In this document: positions 14,898 through 28,800 of the stretch, one piece after another | How the letters are laid out: each line of letters starts with the position of its first letter | How positions within the stretch are numbered: the stretch's first letter is position 1 | From: Narcine bancroftii | Taxonomy: Eukaryota | Assembly: GCF_036971445.1 (NCBI RefSeq) | Contig: NC_091469.1 | Span: forward strand, 201,810,001-201,874,000 | DNA: 64,000 bases | Direction of reading: 5' to 3' | Notes under the pieces: generated by a model | Database searches by the model: none | What the model was told of the DNA's origin: nothing | What the model saw: only the letters and a program-made list of their open reading frames with translations | Translations under genes and position numbers: made by a program

Positions 14898-16130
14898 TAT
14901 TGAGTTATTTGGGGATAGCTAGCTCCCATGGAGGTCTTGATCTTGGGACAATTAATAAAATGCTGCAGTAACTAGAGTGTACTTTTAAAATTGGAATTCT
15001 AAACTAGAAGAAAAAAATTTGAAGTGATTATCATAAGTTTAAGTCTAAATTGCTGAATGTGGTCACATCCAACTGCACAGCAGATCTATTGGCATTGTCC
15101 CAATCCAAGTAAAGATGTCATTGAACCTTTGCATCTACCACATGTATTGAAAGACTATCTGATGATTCAATTTAAACTTGCCTCTCTCACTGGATAAGAG
15201 CTATTTTGCACCTTGAACACTTGGGTGTATTTTCTGGATTGTGGGCTGATACCAAACAGCTGTAAAATTTTGATTTTTTTTTTCATGTTTGAAGTCTAGT
15301 ATATTGCTCACAAAGCAAGTTGGTCAGTCAAAGCATGCCTGGGCATGCACTCAGTGCAGGTGCTAATGCAAGTGTCTTAGGCCTTGCTATGCTTAGGATA
15401 GATGCAGATAAGCTAGAAAAGCAGTCACATAGGTTGTGCATTACATTGATATGCCCATGTTCTTCAGGCAGTAGCATAGTGAGTGTACTTAATAGCATTT
15501 ATTGCCTTCAAGTTGATTCAATACAGCAGAAATGTTGCAGCAGCTCTGATACCTTCTGTTACATTTGTGGTAGGTATAAAAATCAATAAAACAATTTCTC
15601 CAACTTCCAAGTGATGTAACAAAGCTGAAATTTGTGTTCAGCTTGAAGTTATCTAGCATAATCCCCAATTGTTTCAGGAAGCAAATCTTTGGGGGAGAGA
15701 AATTGTCCAGTATATTTAGTTCATATCTTCTAGATTGTTATTGTGAGAGTGCCAGGTTTCTAGTCAAGATTCAGTGTGGCAAATTTAGCAGCTGGAAGTT
15801 GCTGCCTTGCAGTGCTAGTGATTGGGATGCTGTTGATGTGCTACATAAGGCTTCTCCAAAGAGGTGCTGTTGAAAGTAATTGGTTTTCATCCAAGGATAG
15901 ATAGAAAAAATATGATTTGCAGGACACTGAAGAGATTAATGATTAGTGTTATTGCTTGGAGACTGCTTCCATAGGTGGTGGTTACCCAAGCCACCTATCT
16001 ACCTGGAGCATCAAAGTTAATGACCATCTGCAATGAGGTACAATTGCCCATTTGGTTCTTTCCCACTGGCACAACAAAGAAGGAACAGTGAAAATATTTA
16101 CTTCAACTACACATCAATCTTCAAATTTCA

Positions 16131-16136
16131 TTTATT
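16131..16136 (-). terminator. Probable RABEPK polyadenylation signal
   Basis: TTTATT on + (AATAAA on -) ~390 nt after the stop codon. Confidence 0.55.
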
Positions 16137-16521
16137 GCCAAAATGCATTAAACATTTGGATAACAGTGACAGGTTGTATTTCACTCTAGCTACTTGAATG
16201 GTTTCCATTGGGAAGCAATTTAACAATACGTTGCTGCAGCCACCAGTAAATTCCTGTTTGATGGTCCAGATCTACATGTGAAATTTTTGACTAGAACTGT
16301 TCCTGACAAGATATTTGTAGCTAAATGGTTACAAGCTATAGTTTTGACACAAAAATACAATAGCCTGGAATTCCAGACTTCATAAATGAACAATCTTGAA
16401 TTTGGTCTGTGCAACCATAGCCGTGTTACCAATATTCTCAATATATTTTGAAAATAGTTTGTAACTGACCAGTTGAATTCTGGCTGATTTGTTTATAAAC
16501 AAAAGCCTGAAAAATGTGAAA

Positions 16522-16829
16522 CTAGTAACCCTGAAGAAGAGTGACAAAGCAGTCGTTATAAACTTCACCTTGAGTGTCCATACCACCAAATATCAAGCAT
16601 AAATACACAATGTTGTCTGTCTGACTTAATGCTGAGTATTTCATAGTGGCAGGGTCTACATTGTTGCCATTTTTACATTCCTTGTTCCCTTCATCTGGCA
16701 GTTTATCATTTCGTTGAGAAGTGTCTATTTCTAGTTTCCTTATTTTCCAAGGTATAACACACATAGCATGGTCCAATCTTTTTGGAGGAAGAGAGGAATC
16801 AAATTTGAATAATGTCCAGCATTGGGTTT
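16522..16829 (-). CDS. RABEPK: RABEPK coding exon 7
   Basis: [27 protein letters not shown]...CFVTLLQGY-stop; the acceptor is AAG after a long pyrimidine tract. Confidence 0.93.
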
Positions 16830-19800
16830 CTTTGTGGGGGGAAAAAAGAAAATGATGTGGTTAATTAAGAATCTCTTAAATATAGTAGCTATAACAAACA
16901 GCAATAGTGTTTAATTTTAAATCACTAATTTTATTTCTTACTCTGAAACTATCCTTAACACAATCTATCAACAACTATGGGCAGGTGTCTGTGTGTGTGT
17001 GATCTACCCAAACCATTACAGTCCAGGCCAAAATCTAGAAAGTCACTTCAAAGTTCAGTGTTGAAGTGCGAGCCTTTGAAATTTGATGCCCAGAATTTTT
17101 TTTTTAAAAATTTTTTATTTGATGCCCAGAATTAATGTTGAACTGATGGGAAAACTGGAGTTATGGCTGCTGCAGACTCTCAAATTCTTCTTGAATTGCC
17201 ATTTCAGAAATGTCCATCCACCTGAGATGTGGTCATAACACTCCTGGTCCTTTTGTAGGCAAGACTTGAACTGGGCAACTTCCAAGACCCTGGCACTAGT
17301 GTCAAGTGACCTTCACTGAGAGTCATAATCAAAATGACACTGCTTTCTGGCATAGGTTAATACATTCACTGAGCATGCTCTGCTCTGAATTCCACAAAAA
17401 TAGCTGGCTTCAAAAAGCTGCTTTCCCTTCAACAGTAAGAATGGTTCTTCAAATTCAGTGTCTGCAAATGTACTGAATTCTGGAACAGACTGCGACAAGC
17501 CGTCCCTCAGTTCTAGAAATGTATCAAATTATGACTCAGCAGTGACTAGTGTGAAATGTTAACTGACCATCCCTTACTGTGATACTCCCATTTTACTAAA
17601 ATAGGATCTTGTAATATAATCTAAACTTGATTGGTAATAGGATTATACCTACTCTTAACTCCTTTACACAACTCCTTTTGGGTCCAAATTATTTCTATAA
17701 AATCAGGGTATTGAAAAGTTATAGTTTTTTTTTAAAAGAAATTGCTAATAGGTAGAGAAGAAAATTCTTAAATGACAATTTAAGAGTTCACTACCAAAGC
17801 TTTATTATCCAACGTTATTCTCTTCATCGGAGGATAAGTACTTACCAATGTGATACTTGTACATGGTGTTCAGTGCCCCTGTCGTATCCAAACCACCAAA
17901 GATGAAAATGTACTTTTCATGGGAAACTGCAGAATGAGCTGCACGTCCACCTGGGATATCACCCTTCATATTTACTTTTATCCACTTCTTATTAACTGCA
18001 GCTGTACATCACAAAAGGTAAATCCATTGCTATTATTGTAAATCCATTGTTATTATTGATGTATTTTTACAGGTTTCTTCCTGTTTTAATGTCAAACTCA
18101 AATCATCCAAAGCCCATATAACAGTAAAGAAAGATAAGCTTCTGCAAAGCACATTACTTTCCTTCAACATATCTCCCATTGCCCTTACTGAGCATAACAA
18201 TTTCTATAAACATTTATCATATCTTAAATTTCTATGCATAAGCACCTACCTGTATCAACAGTATACATTTCACAAAAGAATTTCTCCCCTGCTAATCCTC
18301 CATGAATGAATAACTTGCTGCCTACAGCAACCATCACATGGCCATGCCTTGGCACTGGTGGCTCGCCTTCCATTGACATTTGTGACCAGCTAAGTGTGGC
18401 TAAAAACACGAGGGACAATGCAGATAAATGTGTATTAGATTTCTATTGGAATGAAAAAAATGTTAACACTAGTAATTTAATAATCTGTAATAGGGATGTC
18501 TAATAGTAAGGATTTCAATTGCCCAGATATTAACAGGTAAAAAATAGAAAGGGTACAGATTATTTAAAATTCTTAAAGTGCATTCAAAAGAACTTTTGAT
18601 TTTAAAAAAAAGTTGAGCCATAACGAGATAAGCCAGTCTGGACATTCACTAAACTGGATGTGGAATGGATAGTAAATATTTTGGTTGAATTTAGCAGTTG
18701 TAAGAAAAGGGTAATGATAGAGTAAAATTCTGACTAGGATAAGACCAATTCTCCAATTTTGAGGTGTAATGTAATGAGTATAAAATGATCTCTGAATGTA
18801 AGGCAATACCAGAGAAAAGAAAGACTTTTGAGGAGAACATAATGAAATTTCAAGGCAATATTGTTCTGATTAAGAGAGCGAGTAATACTCAAGTAATCTC
18901 GCACAATGCCCTTCCATCCCATTTGTCAAGAGGCATGGTATTTATTTAAATTAAATTATAATTCTAGGTTAAGAAAACAGTAGATTTTAAAAGATTGATA
19001 GGATTACTTATAACTTTATTGGGTACAGCTAATTGTATTAAAATGAATATTTTCCCTCAGATACAATACCTTTTTCAAAAATTGTCTGCACCTATTCCCC
19101 AGAATTTTTTTCAAGAATTAAATAGATATATAAGAAAATTTCTTTGGAAGGATAAAATGGGTAGAGTCTCATTAGACTTGGAAATTTGAATTAGAAGGTT
19201 TGCAGCTTCCAAATTAAAAAAAAAAGCATGGATTAAGATAGAGATGGATAAAATAGGTGAGACAATACCAGATTTTATATATAAATGGGATAATATTTTT
19301 TTAATTGGAGATATAGATACTCCTTTGTTGAGACACTTGCTAAATGTATAGAACAAGATAAATGTTGAAATGGGAATTAATAATGATCAAATATCTAAAA
19401 TGATATTAACTCAAAACATCCCTTTTACAATAATTTTTTTTTTAAATTGCAGTAATAAAGGAATTATAAACAAAAGTTGCTTTTAATTATCATAAACATG
19501 AAAATAGAATCAAACTTTAACTTAGCACTAGGCTTCTTCAGGTGTATTGTCCGATAAGAATGCGCCTGAAGAAGAGAAAGCAGCCCTTTGATTTGCTGTT
19601 CAGGTGGCAGAGCTAAAAGTGCAGCGCAAGCCACCTGAAAGGACAGCACATCTGAGTGCACTCCAGCTCCCGTTCCTTGAGCTGTCAAGTTAGGATGGCC
19701 GGCGGGGGAGGGAGGGGCTGGGGCGGCCGGCGGGGGAGGGAGGGGCTGGGGCGGCCGGCGGGGGAGGGAGGGGCTGGGGCGGCCGGCGGGGGAGGGAGGG

Positions 19801-22800
19801 GCTGGGGCGGCCGGCGGGGGAGGGAGGGGCTGGGGCGGCCGGCGGGGGAGGGAGGGGCTGGGGCGGCCGGCGGGGGAGGGAGGGGCTGGGGCGGCCGGCG
19901 GGGGAGGGAGGGGCTGGGGCGGCCGGCGGGGGAGGGAGGGGCTGGGGCGGCCGGCGGGGGAGGGAGGGGCTGGGGCGGCCGGCGGGGGAGGGAGGGGCTG
20001 GGGCGGCCGGCGGGGGAGGGAGGGGCTGGGGCGGCCGGCGGGGGAGGGAGGGGCTGGGGCGGCCGGCGGGGGAGGGAGGGGCTGGGGCGGCCGGCGGGGG
20101 AGGGAGGGGCTGGGGCGGCCGGCGGGGGAGGGAGGGGCTGGGGCGGCCGGCGGGGGAGGGAGGGGCTGGGGCGGCCGGCGGGGGAGGGAGGGGCTGGGGC
20201 GGCCGGCGGGGGAGGGAGGGGCTGGGGCGGCCGGCGGGGGAGGGAGGGGCTGGGGAGGGAGGGGCTGGGGAGGGAGGGGCTGGGGCGGCCGGCGGGGGAG
20301 GGAGGGGCTGGGGCGGCCGGCGGGGGAGGGAGGGGCTGGGGCGGCCGGCGGGGGAGGGAGGGGCTGGGGCGGCCGGCGGGGGAGGGAGGGGCTGGGGCGG
20401 CCGGCGGGGGAGGGAGGGGCTGGGGCGGCCGGCGGGGGAGGGAGGGGCTGGGGCGGCCGGCGGGGGAGGGAGGGGCTGGGGCGGCCGGCGGGGGAGGGAG
20501 GGGCTGGGGCGGCCGGCGGGGGAGGGAGGGGCTGGGGCGGCCGGCGGGGGAGGGAGGGGCTGGGGCGGCCGGCGGGGGAGGGAGGGGCTGGGGCGGCCGG
20601 CGGGGGAGGGAGGGGCTGGGGCGGCCGGCGGGGGAGGGAGGGGCTGGGGCGGCCGGCGGGGGAGGGAGGGGCTGGGGCGGCCGGCGGGGGAGGGAGGGGC
20701 TGGGGCGGCCGGCGGGGGAGGGAGGGGCTGGGGCGGCCGGCGGGGGAGGGAGGGGCTGGGGCGGCCGGCGGGGGAGGGAGGGGCTGGGGCGGCCGGCGGG
20801 GGAGGACGGGGCTGGGGCGGCCGGCGGGGGAGGACGGGGCTGGGGCGGCCGGCGGGGGAGGACGGGGCTGGGGCGGCCGGCGGGGGAGTAGGCACTCAAG
20901 TCGGGTACCAGCATTGTTTCAGCCAGCCCGTTTTCCCTCGCTGGTTGCCCCAGCCCCCCTTCTCCCCCACCGGCCATCCCGGCCCCCGATCTGCCCCACC
21001 AGCTGCTCCAGCCCCCGTTCTCCCCCGTCAGCCGTTCCAGCCCCGCAATCCCCGCACTGACAGCCCAGCCAGCTGCCCCTGCCCCGACGTCCTGCGCCGG
21101 GGGAATGGGCAGCTCGGAGGGTAGCTGTCAGTCGCTCGCTAGCTGACTGTCATCCCAAATGCAGCCATTTTTAGGCGGATGCATTCAGATGGCTGGGGAG
21201 GCCACTGTGCTGCGGCGATTATCCCTCGGAGGAAAGTTACAAAGTTCGCCTTGCAACCGCCTCCTGCACATTCACATGGCCTCCCAACAGCTGCATATTG
21301 CCAAAATATGCAGCTTTACAAGCAGGGCAATTGGCCGCCTGAAAGTGGCTACTAAACCTAACTTAACCCCCTTCTAATTCTAAGCGCACGTGTGTGTAAG
21401 TTCAGAAAAGTATTTGGTTCACAGTCCAATCTCACTTCTCATTCCTCCAAGTTCACCGGTTGCAAGCATTCTTAAACTGTGCATAGAATTTAACATTTAT
21501 AAAGTTCACCAGGTTTTGGTGCTTGAAAGGTAAATGGTTACCACTCAGGAAGGTTCTTGTAGGTTATAAGAGAGAGATTTGTAATTCCAGGACATCCAAA
21601 ACCGATGAAATTCCATCAGCCACTCCAGTGTCTTGCTGACATATCTCCAGATGATAACCTCTTTCTTTCAGGTCACCACAGAGTTCTATTTTATTTTTCT
21701 TATTCCAAGTGGAACATGAGAGCCAATCCTTTCCTCTTGCATGAACCACAAGGACTTTGACCAGACTGTCTTTCAAATGGGCTTGCCAGCTTGTCCTGTT
21801 CCAGTCTCAGCAACTTCTGCTTTCTCTCAGAGAGAAAGCTATTTTGACTCTCTGCATGCAAAACCACATGACCTTCTTACAACAGCAAGTTCTTCAGACA
21901 ATAGTGCCTCCAGCCTGTTCTTTCATCTGTTGCCTTTGGTAAACAACAATCCATTAGTGAAGTCTCTTGAAAGCTCTTGCAAAAGCTGTTGAGGCCCCGA
22001 TATGTCTAGCATGTGCAGAGCTACAGTATTTCAAATAAGATCTGTTTTAAAGTGTTTATATGTAGCCTTCCCAAGATCGTGTTATATGGCGAGCTCTCCA
22101 CTGGCCACCGTGACAGAGGTGCACCAAAGAAAAGGTACAAGGACTGCCTAAAGAAATCTCTTGGTGCCTGCCACATTGACCACCGCCAGTGGGCTGATAA
22201 CGCCTCAAACCGTGCATCTTGGTGCCTCACAGTTTGGCGGGCAGCAACCTCCTTTGAAGAAGACCGCAGAGCCCACCTCACTGACAAAAGGCAAAGGAGG
22301 AAAAACCCAACACCCAACCCCAACCAACCAATTTTCCCCTGCAACCGCTGCAACCGTGTCTGCCTGTCCCGCATCGGACTTGTCAGCCACAAACGAGCCT
22401 GCAGCTGACGTGGACTTTTTACCCCCTCCATAAATCTTCATCCGCGAAGCCAAGCCAAAGAAAAGATATGTAACCTACTCTAACAAATTTTTCCCAATTT
22501 ATCTCCCAAAAACATATCTATATATCCCAATATACTCTGTCACAATACAATATTTTGTTATCATCAAATGAAGGCATATTTGTGATAAATTGGGTCCAAC
22601 AATTTTATTACCTGAAAGGAGTGAAATAGAAAATTTGATTTCTAATAAATTTACTAAGAAGTTTATATCAGCAATGAGAGTATGGAAATGAGGAATTCTT
22701 AAATCTAGACAAAGGTGGGAAACTGATTTAAATATTACTATTGGAGAGGAAAAAGTGGTCCGAATTGTGCTCTGATAGTATGATAAATACAATATTACAG

Positions 22801-25800
22801 ATTAGTTCAATATAATTTTTTTGCATCAATTATATCTTACCCCACAGAAAGTAAATAGGTTGAAGTCTGATTTACCAAATAAATGTTTTAGGTGTAATCA
22901 GGAGATAGGTACTTTTTAAAAAATATACACACACACACTCTACTTGGTCATGTTCAAAATTGAGTCCTTTTTGGACAGAATTAGCAATATTTTTGAAAAC
23001 TGTTATGGAAGTTAAATTTCCTCAAGATCTAATGATTTTTTTTGGATAGGTAATCTTTTAGAATTAAGCCAAAATTAAAGCTTAATCAATATCAAACACA
23101 ATTTGTGAAAAATGCTTTGGCAGTTTGCAAGGAAAAATATAGCAGTCTACTGGAAATTAGATTAAAATTTGGGAATAGATAAAAGGCACTCTGAAATACT
23201 TAGCTGTACACCACTTTAAAAAAATTACATAGAATTTGAGAAATAGGTATAATTGAAAAAAAAATTTGATGCCCATATTTACATATAGTAGGTATTACAT
23301 TGTGAAAGATTCCCTGAGCCTTGATCCTTATCAACTCCTTGCTGACAGGCAAAAATAATTTAACTTTTATAAGTTGTTGTAATCAGATATTCTTTTCTCT
23401 TTTACTTTACTTCTATTCCTTTTTTCTATCCCATGGGCTTATTATTTAGGGGAGAGGGTTTGGGAAGTACAGGGGGAAAATTTTATGTATTATGAGTGTT
23501 GATATAAAACTGAAGGACATGTATGAAATTTAAATAAAATTATAACAAAGAGCATACTAGTTAATATCAAAAAGAGTGGGTTCTTGAATGCTAAAACATC
23601 AGTAGAGGAAATAGCAGAAGAGTAGAGGAACTGCAGTGTTGTAATTGAAAGGGAAATTAGGAATGCATTGACCAGAGGGTTTAAATATCCCCAGTCAGTT
23701 TAGTAAATAAGTACAATAAATGGAAAGACAATAACAAAGAATGAGCTAGTGTTAGTGATCTAAAAGGTAACCAAGTGGAAGCAAAAGACATGAACCCAAT
23801 TCTAAAAGAAAAAGTAAGTGATAATACAGAGATAGTTGTAGGTGTGTGAAACATTAAATTATTACAGAGGGAAAATATCAAGTAGTTCACCCTTTTTAAT
23901 ACTAAACAAATCAGTGAAGATATATTCGAGGCTCATGAGAGGCAAAGAAAAAGATAATTTTTATTCTCTTGCTAAAGCCATGCTGGAAGGTTGCTAATGT
24001 GGTAACATCTAAAGCCAGGGGAAAGGATATAGGTCAAATGAAATGGGTTAGTCATATTGCCAATAATTTCTCAGGAATAGGTTGAATCATAATTTAAAAT
24101 TATTTTAATTTAAAGAACTGATAAAAATGGATCATTAGGAAGAGATAGGAAACAGACTGATAAGAAAGTTGAAATAAAATTTCAGTGGGGAAAAAGGAAA
24201 AGAATATTAATTGACAAGAATTCACGTATCCAGAGAACTGCTTAGAGTGGGCTTTCAAGGGACATGGTACTTGTTTTATGTACTTACAAATAGCAGTCAT
24301 GATTCAGAAACTTGCATGAGCACGATGAAGAAAGTTGTAAACCCGGGAAAGAGGTAATTCAACGGGGTGACAGAGTGGCAAATGCAAATCAAAGGTTTAT
24401 TTCCACAGATCCCTTAAAATAGCAGGTAAGTCAGATGGAAACTTTCCTTTATTGGCCCATGCAAGAATAGGGATATAATATTAGATCTATACAAAACATT
24501 AGTAAGGCCAGAGTTAAAATATAGTGCAGTGTTGGAGGAAAGAGGAACAAGAAAATGTACAAAGCAATGGAATTTTGTTCCCACAACATTATACAATTTT
24601 GATACTCATTTGTACATTCATCCTTCCTTCAGTTTTGAAGTTTTAATGAATATTTTGTCAGAACTTCTTCCCACAGATACTCAGATTTGTTGGGTATTTT
24701 CAACATTTACTTTGTGAATTTCAAAACTCTTATCCTTCTTGGCCTCACTCCACCACATCTCCACAATTTTCCCGGCTTTGACTCAGCTTACATCCTCTAT
24801 TCTCGTTAAATAATTTACATGCATTGGACCTCTCCCAATCAAGGTGCACAATCTTCCAATCACTCGATTTTCCAAAGTTATTCTTCTACATCATAACTTT
24901 CAAATATCTTTGCACTATATACTTCATTTAATATTTACTTCCTCTGAGCTAAATGTCCTCATTCGTGATCTTTCTATTTAGGGTACCTAAGACAAGTTAT
25001 ATAAATTTGTTTTTCTGTCAGTAAAATTATTAGATACTTACAATCTTTAGTATTTTAGATTTCCAGCATCTGCTGATTTCCTCCCCCACCCCCCACTTAA
25101 AACCTTTTACTTGGGAATCTGTTTATTTCTACCTTTATCAAATGCATGGAGTTGTGGATCTTGTACAGGCTCTGCTCCCTTGTATCCTCCGCCAAAAATA
25201 TAAAGGCAATTTCCAATAGTTGCAGTAGAAGCGTGACATGTTCTTGGTGTAGGTGGTGTCCCACTTACTTTTGGAATTTTCCACTCTCCAGTTTCTGGTT
25301 TTAAATAACACAGGATAAAATAACAATTACATTATGCTTGACCACTAACAAATAGTCAGAAAGTTCTACATCTTGGAAACAGGTCCTTTAGCCCATCTTG
25401 ACCTGACTAAACTTTTCCTCTCCACATACCTGTCTAAATGTCTTTTGAATAATGCTATTGTCCCCACTTCCACCACCTTCTCTGGCAACTCGTAGCATTT
25501 AACCCACCAGCCTCTGTCCAAAAAAGGTGCCCCTCAGATCCCTTTTAACTTTCTCCTCTCATCTTAAATCTATGTCCTTTAGTTTTAGATTCACTTATTC
25601 TTGAAAAAAGGGTATGACTATTTTACTTATCTATGATCTTTGATTTTTTTTTAAAACCTCTATTAACTTGCCCTTTGGCCTCCTACATTGCAGGAAGAAA
25701 AGTCAGTCCCTCTTATAATTCAAGTCCCCCAATCCAAGCACCAAAATGGTACTCTAGTCTAGTAATTCTGCTTGGAAAATGTCTACTAATTATTTAGCTT

Positions 25801-28800
25801 TAGAAAATTATTTGCTATGTCAAATCAAAATAATTTAACATATGAAGAGTTTCAAAACAAAGGTCCAGATCTTTCTGGAGCACATCTCCCTGCAGGTACT
25901 CTTCAAAGGTTTTTCACATCCAGTATAAAAGGTACTGCAATGTAAAATGTTGGAAGCTGAAGACAAACATAACATTGGGAGATGACAGGACCAGCAATTT
26001 ATCTCATGGGCTTTTGGGGTACAGAAATAGGCAAAGCAAGAATGCAGGAAGTTATGGTGTAAGTTAAGATCAAATTAGGTACAGAAATAGGGAGAGAGGA
26101 AGTTAGATTGGATTGAAAGAAAAAAAGAGGAAATAAAATCTCCGATATTAATGTGGGTCATGTTCTAGGAATATAAAGATTAAAAGGTTGTGTAATCCCA
26201 ACTTTCTACAGCAGGTTTAATTACTTTCAATAGTATTTTCTCAGTCAGACTGATGTTGAGCTATCATTTTACAAGGCTAGTGAGAGAGCAATGCAAATCA
26301 TCCAATAATTTGCTGCAAATTTACTGTTTTATTTAAAAACTAATAACTGCAATAAATTTTCTGACAGTCACGAAAAAGGCTTTTTAAACTTTAAGTGTTA
26401 ACTGTTTCTCTTCCCACAAATACTGCATGGTTTGCTGATTGATTCCTGCAATTTCTGGTTTTATTACAGTTAGCAACACTCTATTACCACGCCAGCAACC
26501 TGGGTTCAAATTCGCTGCTCTCTGCAAGGAGTTTGTACATTCTCTCTGAGTCCATGTGGGTTTCCTCTGGGTGCTCCAGTTTCCTTCCATGTACTAAAGA
26601 CATACAAGGCTGTTAGGCTGATTGGTTATATGGTGCATTTTGATGGGATGGGTAATAAGTCAGGAATTGAAAATCTTAACTTCTAGCTGATTTTTGGTTT
26701 TAAAAAAAAGTGTGTGCAATTATTTAAAACATTGACATGTTTGAAATTATAAAGCTTCAATTATTTGTAGCTGACCAATAGCACCAGAACTAAAGTGCAG
26801 AGTAATTTTACCAAAGTTCAAAGCTTGGATACAGTTCCTGTTTCCATGTTCATCTGCACCACCAAACAGCCACAGGCCAGCAGGTACAGGGTCTGGAGCA
26901 AAGGTGGCATGCTCATATCGTGGCAGTAAACCCTTCCACTCAGGTACGTTCCATTCATGTCTGTCTGTTAAATAAGGAATGAAATTACAGATGAAAACTA
27001 GGAACTGAAATATACAGACACGAGAAATAAGCGATCGTTAATATGTGATGAGAAAGTTTCGAGAAGACATGACCTGAGAAATACATCACTGGACTCCAAT
27101 GTTACTTTGAAAAATATAATCAAAGGTGTCTGACTGAGTTGGAATCGAAAGAGATCTTATTACCAGATACGCATCATATAATATACTTTCTGCACAACCA
27201 GCCATCTATAAATATTTTTTTTTTTTCTGTGGTATCTTGGATGTTAATTATATTAAATTGTTGTTAGCGTATTCTATGTATCTGTGAAGTTGCAGCAAGC
27301 AAAGATTTTGTTGGATCTGTACATTGTACTGACGTATACAATAATAAACTATTCATGATAAAATTAGGGAAAGGAATGGTAACAAATATATTCATTTTGG
27401 AAAGGGTTAAAATTTCCCTATTACAGAAATAGATATTCACCAATTGATATTGTACAAGGGTTCCCGAGTCTCATAATTTCATCAAAACAATTTAACTGAA
27501 TATTTTAAGAAACTCACCCATACGGAATCTTTGATTCTTTCCATGATAAACTTAATTGCTAATTTAAATTGTTTAAAATGGTTTAGACACATCACATATT
27601 AACCATCATTATATGCATGCATTTCATCTGCATTTGATTAAATTACAGTAAATATCTTCAATGTCAACTATGTAATCCATTCTCCTAGCCTTTTGACTTC
27701 TGGACTCTTATATACATATTTAGAATACTGTGGGTTCTTCAGTGGTACATCTGCATTTAACCTCAAGTCATCTACTGAACCTATATCCTACAGGACCCTG
27801 GAGTCTAATCTGTTTCTAGTTCAGTGTTCTCCCTAAATAACATTGCAAAGATATCATAGAAATTGTAAACTCATAACATGACACCAAAACTATTTTCCAG
27901 TAATTTCTAAGGCCTCCTCCTAATGACTTGATGTCTTGTTCAAAACAAACCTCACAATTATTTAAATATAGTAAACATGCGAGTACTTGGATTGCATTAT
28001 CCAGGTATGCATCGCTTAACGACCGATCAGGCCACGTTCGACCGCATATACATCCATCGTCCGTGGTCCCATAGGTTATAATAGTTTGGAGAACGGGATG
28101 TCACCTGACGTACGCAACAACTTCCCGTATGCAATACATGTATCTCACGTCTTTTGTATACAAAGGCTTATGTTTATAGGTACTGTACTTTTTAAGCATC
28201 ATTGCTCCCAAAGACTGCAAAACCAGAGCTAGTGATAGCGGCAGCAAGAGGCAAAGGAGAAGTATCGATTTGGAATGAAACAAAAGGTTATTAAAGAACA
28301 CAAAGGTGGAAAAACAGTGAATGTTATCGCTTGCAATTTAGGCAATGTGGCACCCAGTAATCACAAGGATCCTCAAAAACAAAGAAAAAATTCTCCAAGC
28401 TGTTAAAAGATTGGCTACATAGCTAACGAAAATCCAAGAGGGACCTATATCAGATATGGTGATATTGCTAATGATGTGGATTGAGGGCCAAACATAAAAG
28501 TGAGTCCCTCTCAGCATCACTGCTAAGGCACGAAGCTGGTTCCAGATGCTTTAAGAAAAAGCAGGACCAGACTATGATATTGAGTTTTATGCTCTGGGTG
28601 GTTCAGGCACTTCAAACAACGTTTTTCACTACATTATGTGAAAGTGAGTGGTGAGTCTGTGAGCACTGATGTGAAGGCTGCAGAAGAACTCGTTGAAACC
28701 GAAGATAAACTAACTGTAGAGGGAGGTTATTTGCCCCAGCAAATTTTTAATTTGGACAAAACGTTATTCTGGAAACGAATGCCTGAAAGGACCTTCATCC

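Larger units (their letters stand above)
19466..22544 (-). repeat. Putative solo-LTR-like repeat hosting a MITE and an RTE copy
   Basis: Interrupts the L1; the minus-strand start is TGTGACA at 22544 and ATTAAA lies near 19483. About 850 bp after removing nested inserts. Family not recognised. Confidence 0.35.
18790..23545 (+). mobile_element. Degraded L1-clade LINE split by nested insertions (arms ~18790-19465 and ~22545-23545)
   Basis: [26 protein letters not shown]...FLWKDK in the left arm; [13 protein letters not shown]...[11 protein letters not shown] in the right arm; A-rich tail near 23535. Confidence 0.75.

Noticed and set aside
19656-20977. Three 400+ aa Gly/Arg- or Pro-rich ORFs
   Set aside because: Translations of the stop-free 28-bp minisatellite; intronic and open on both strands.
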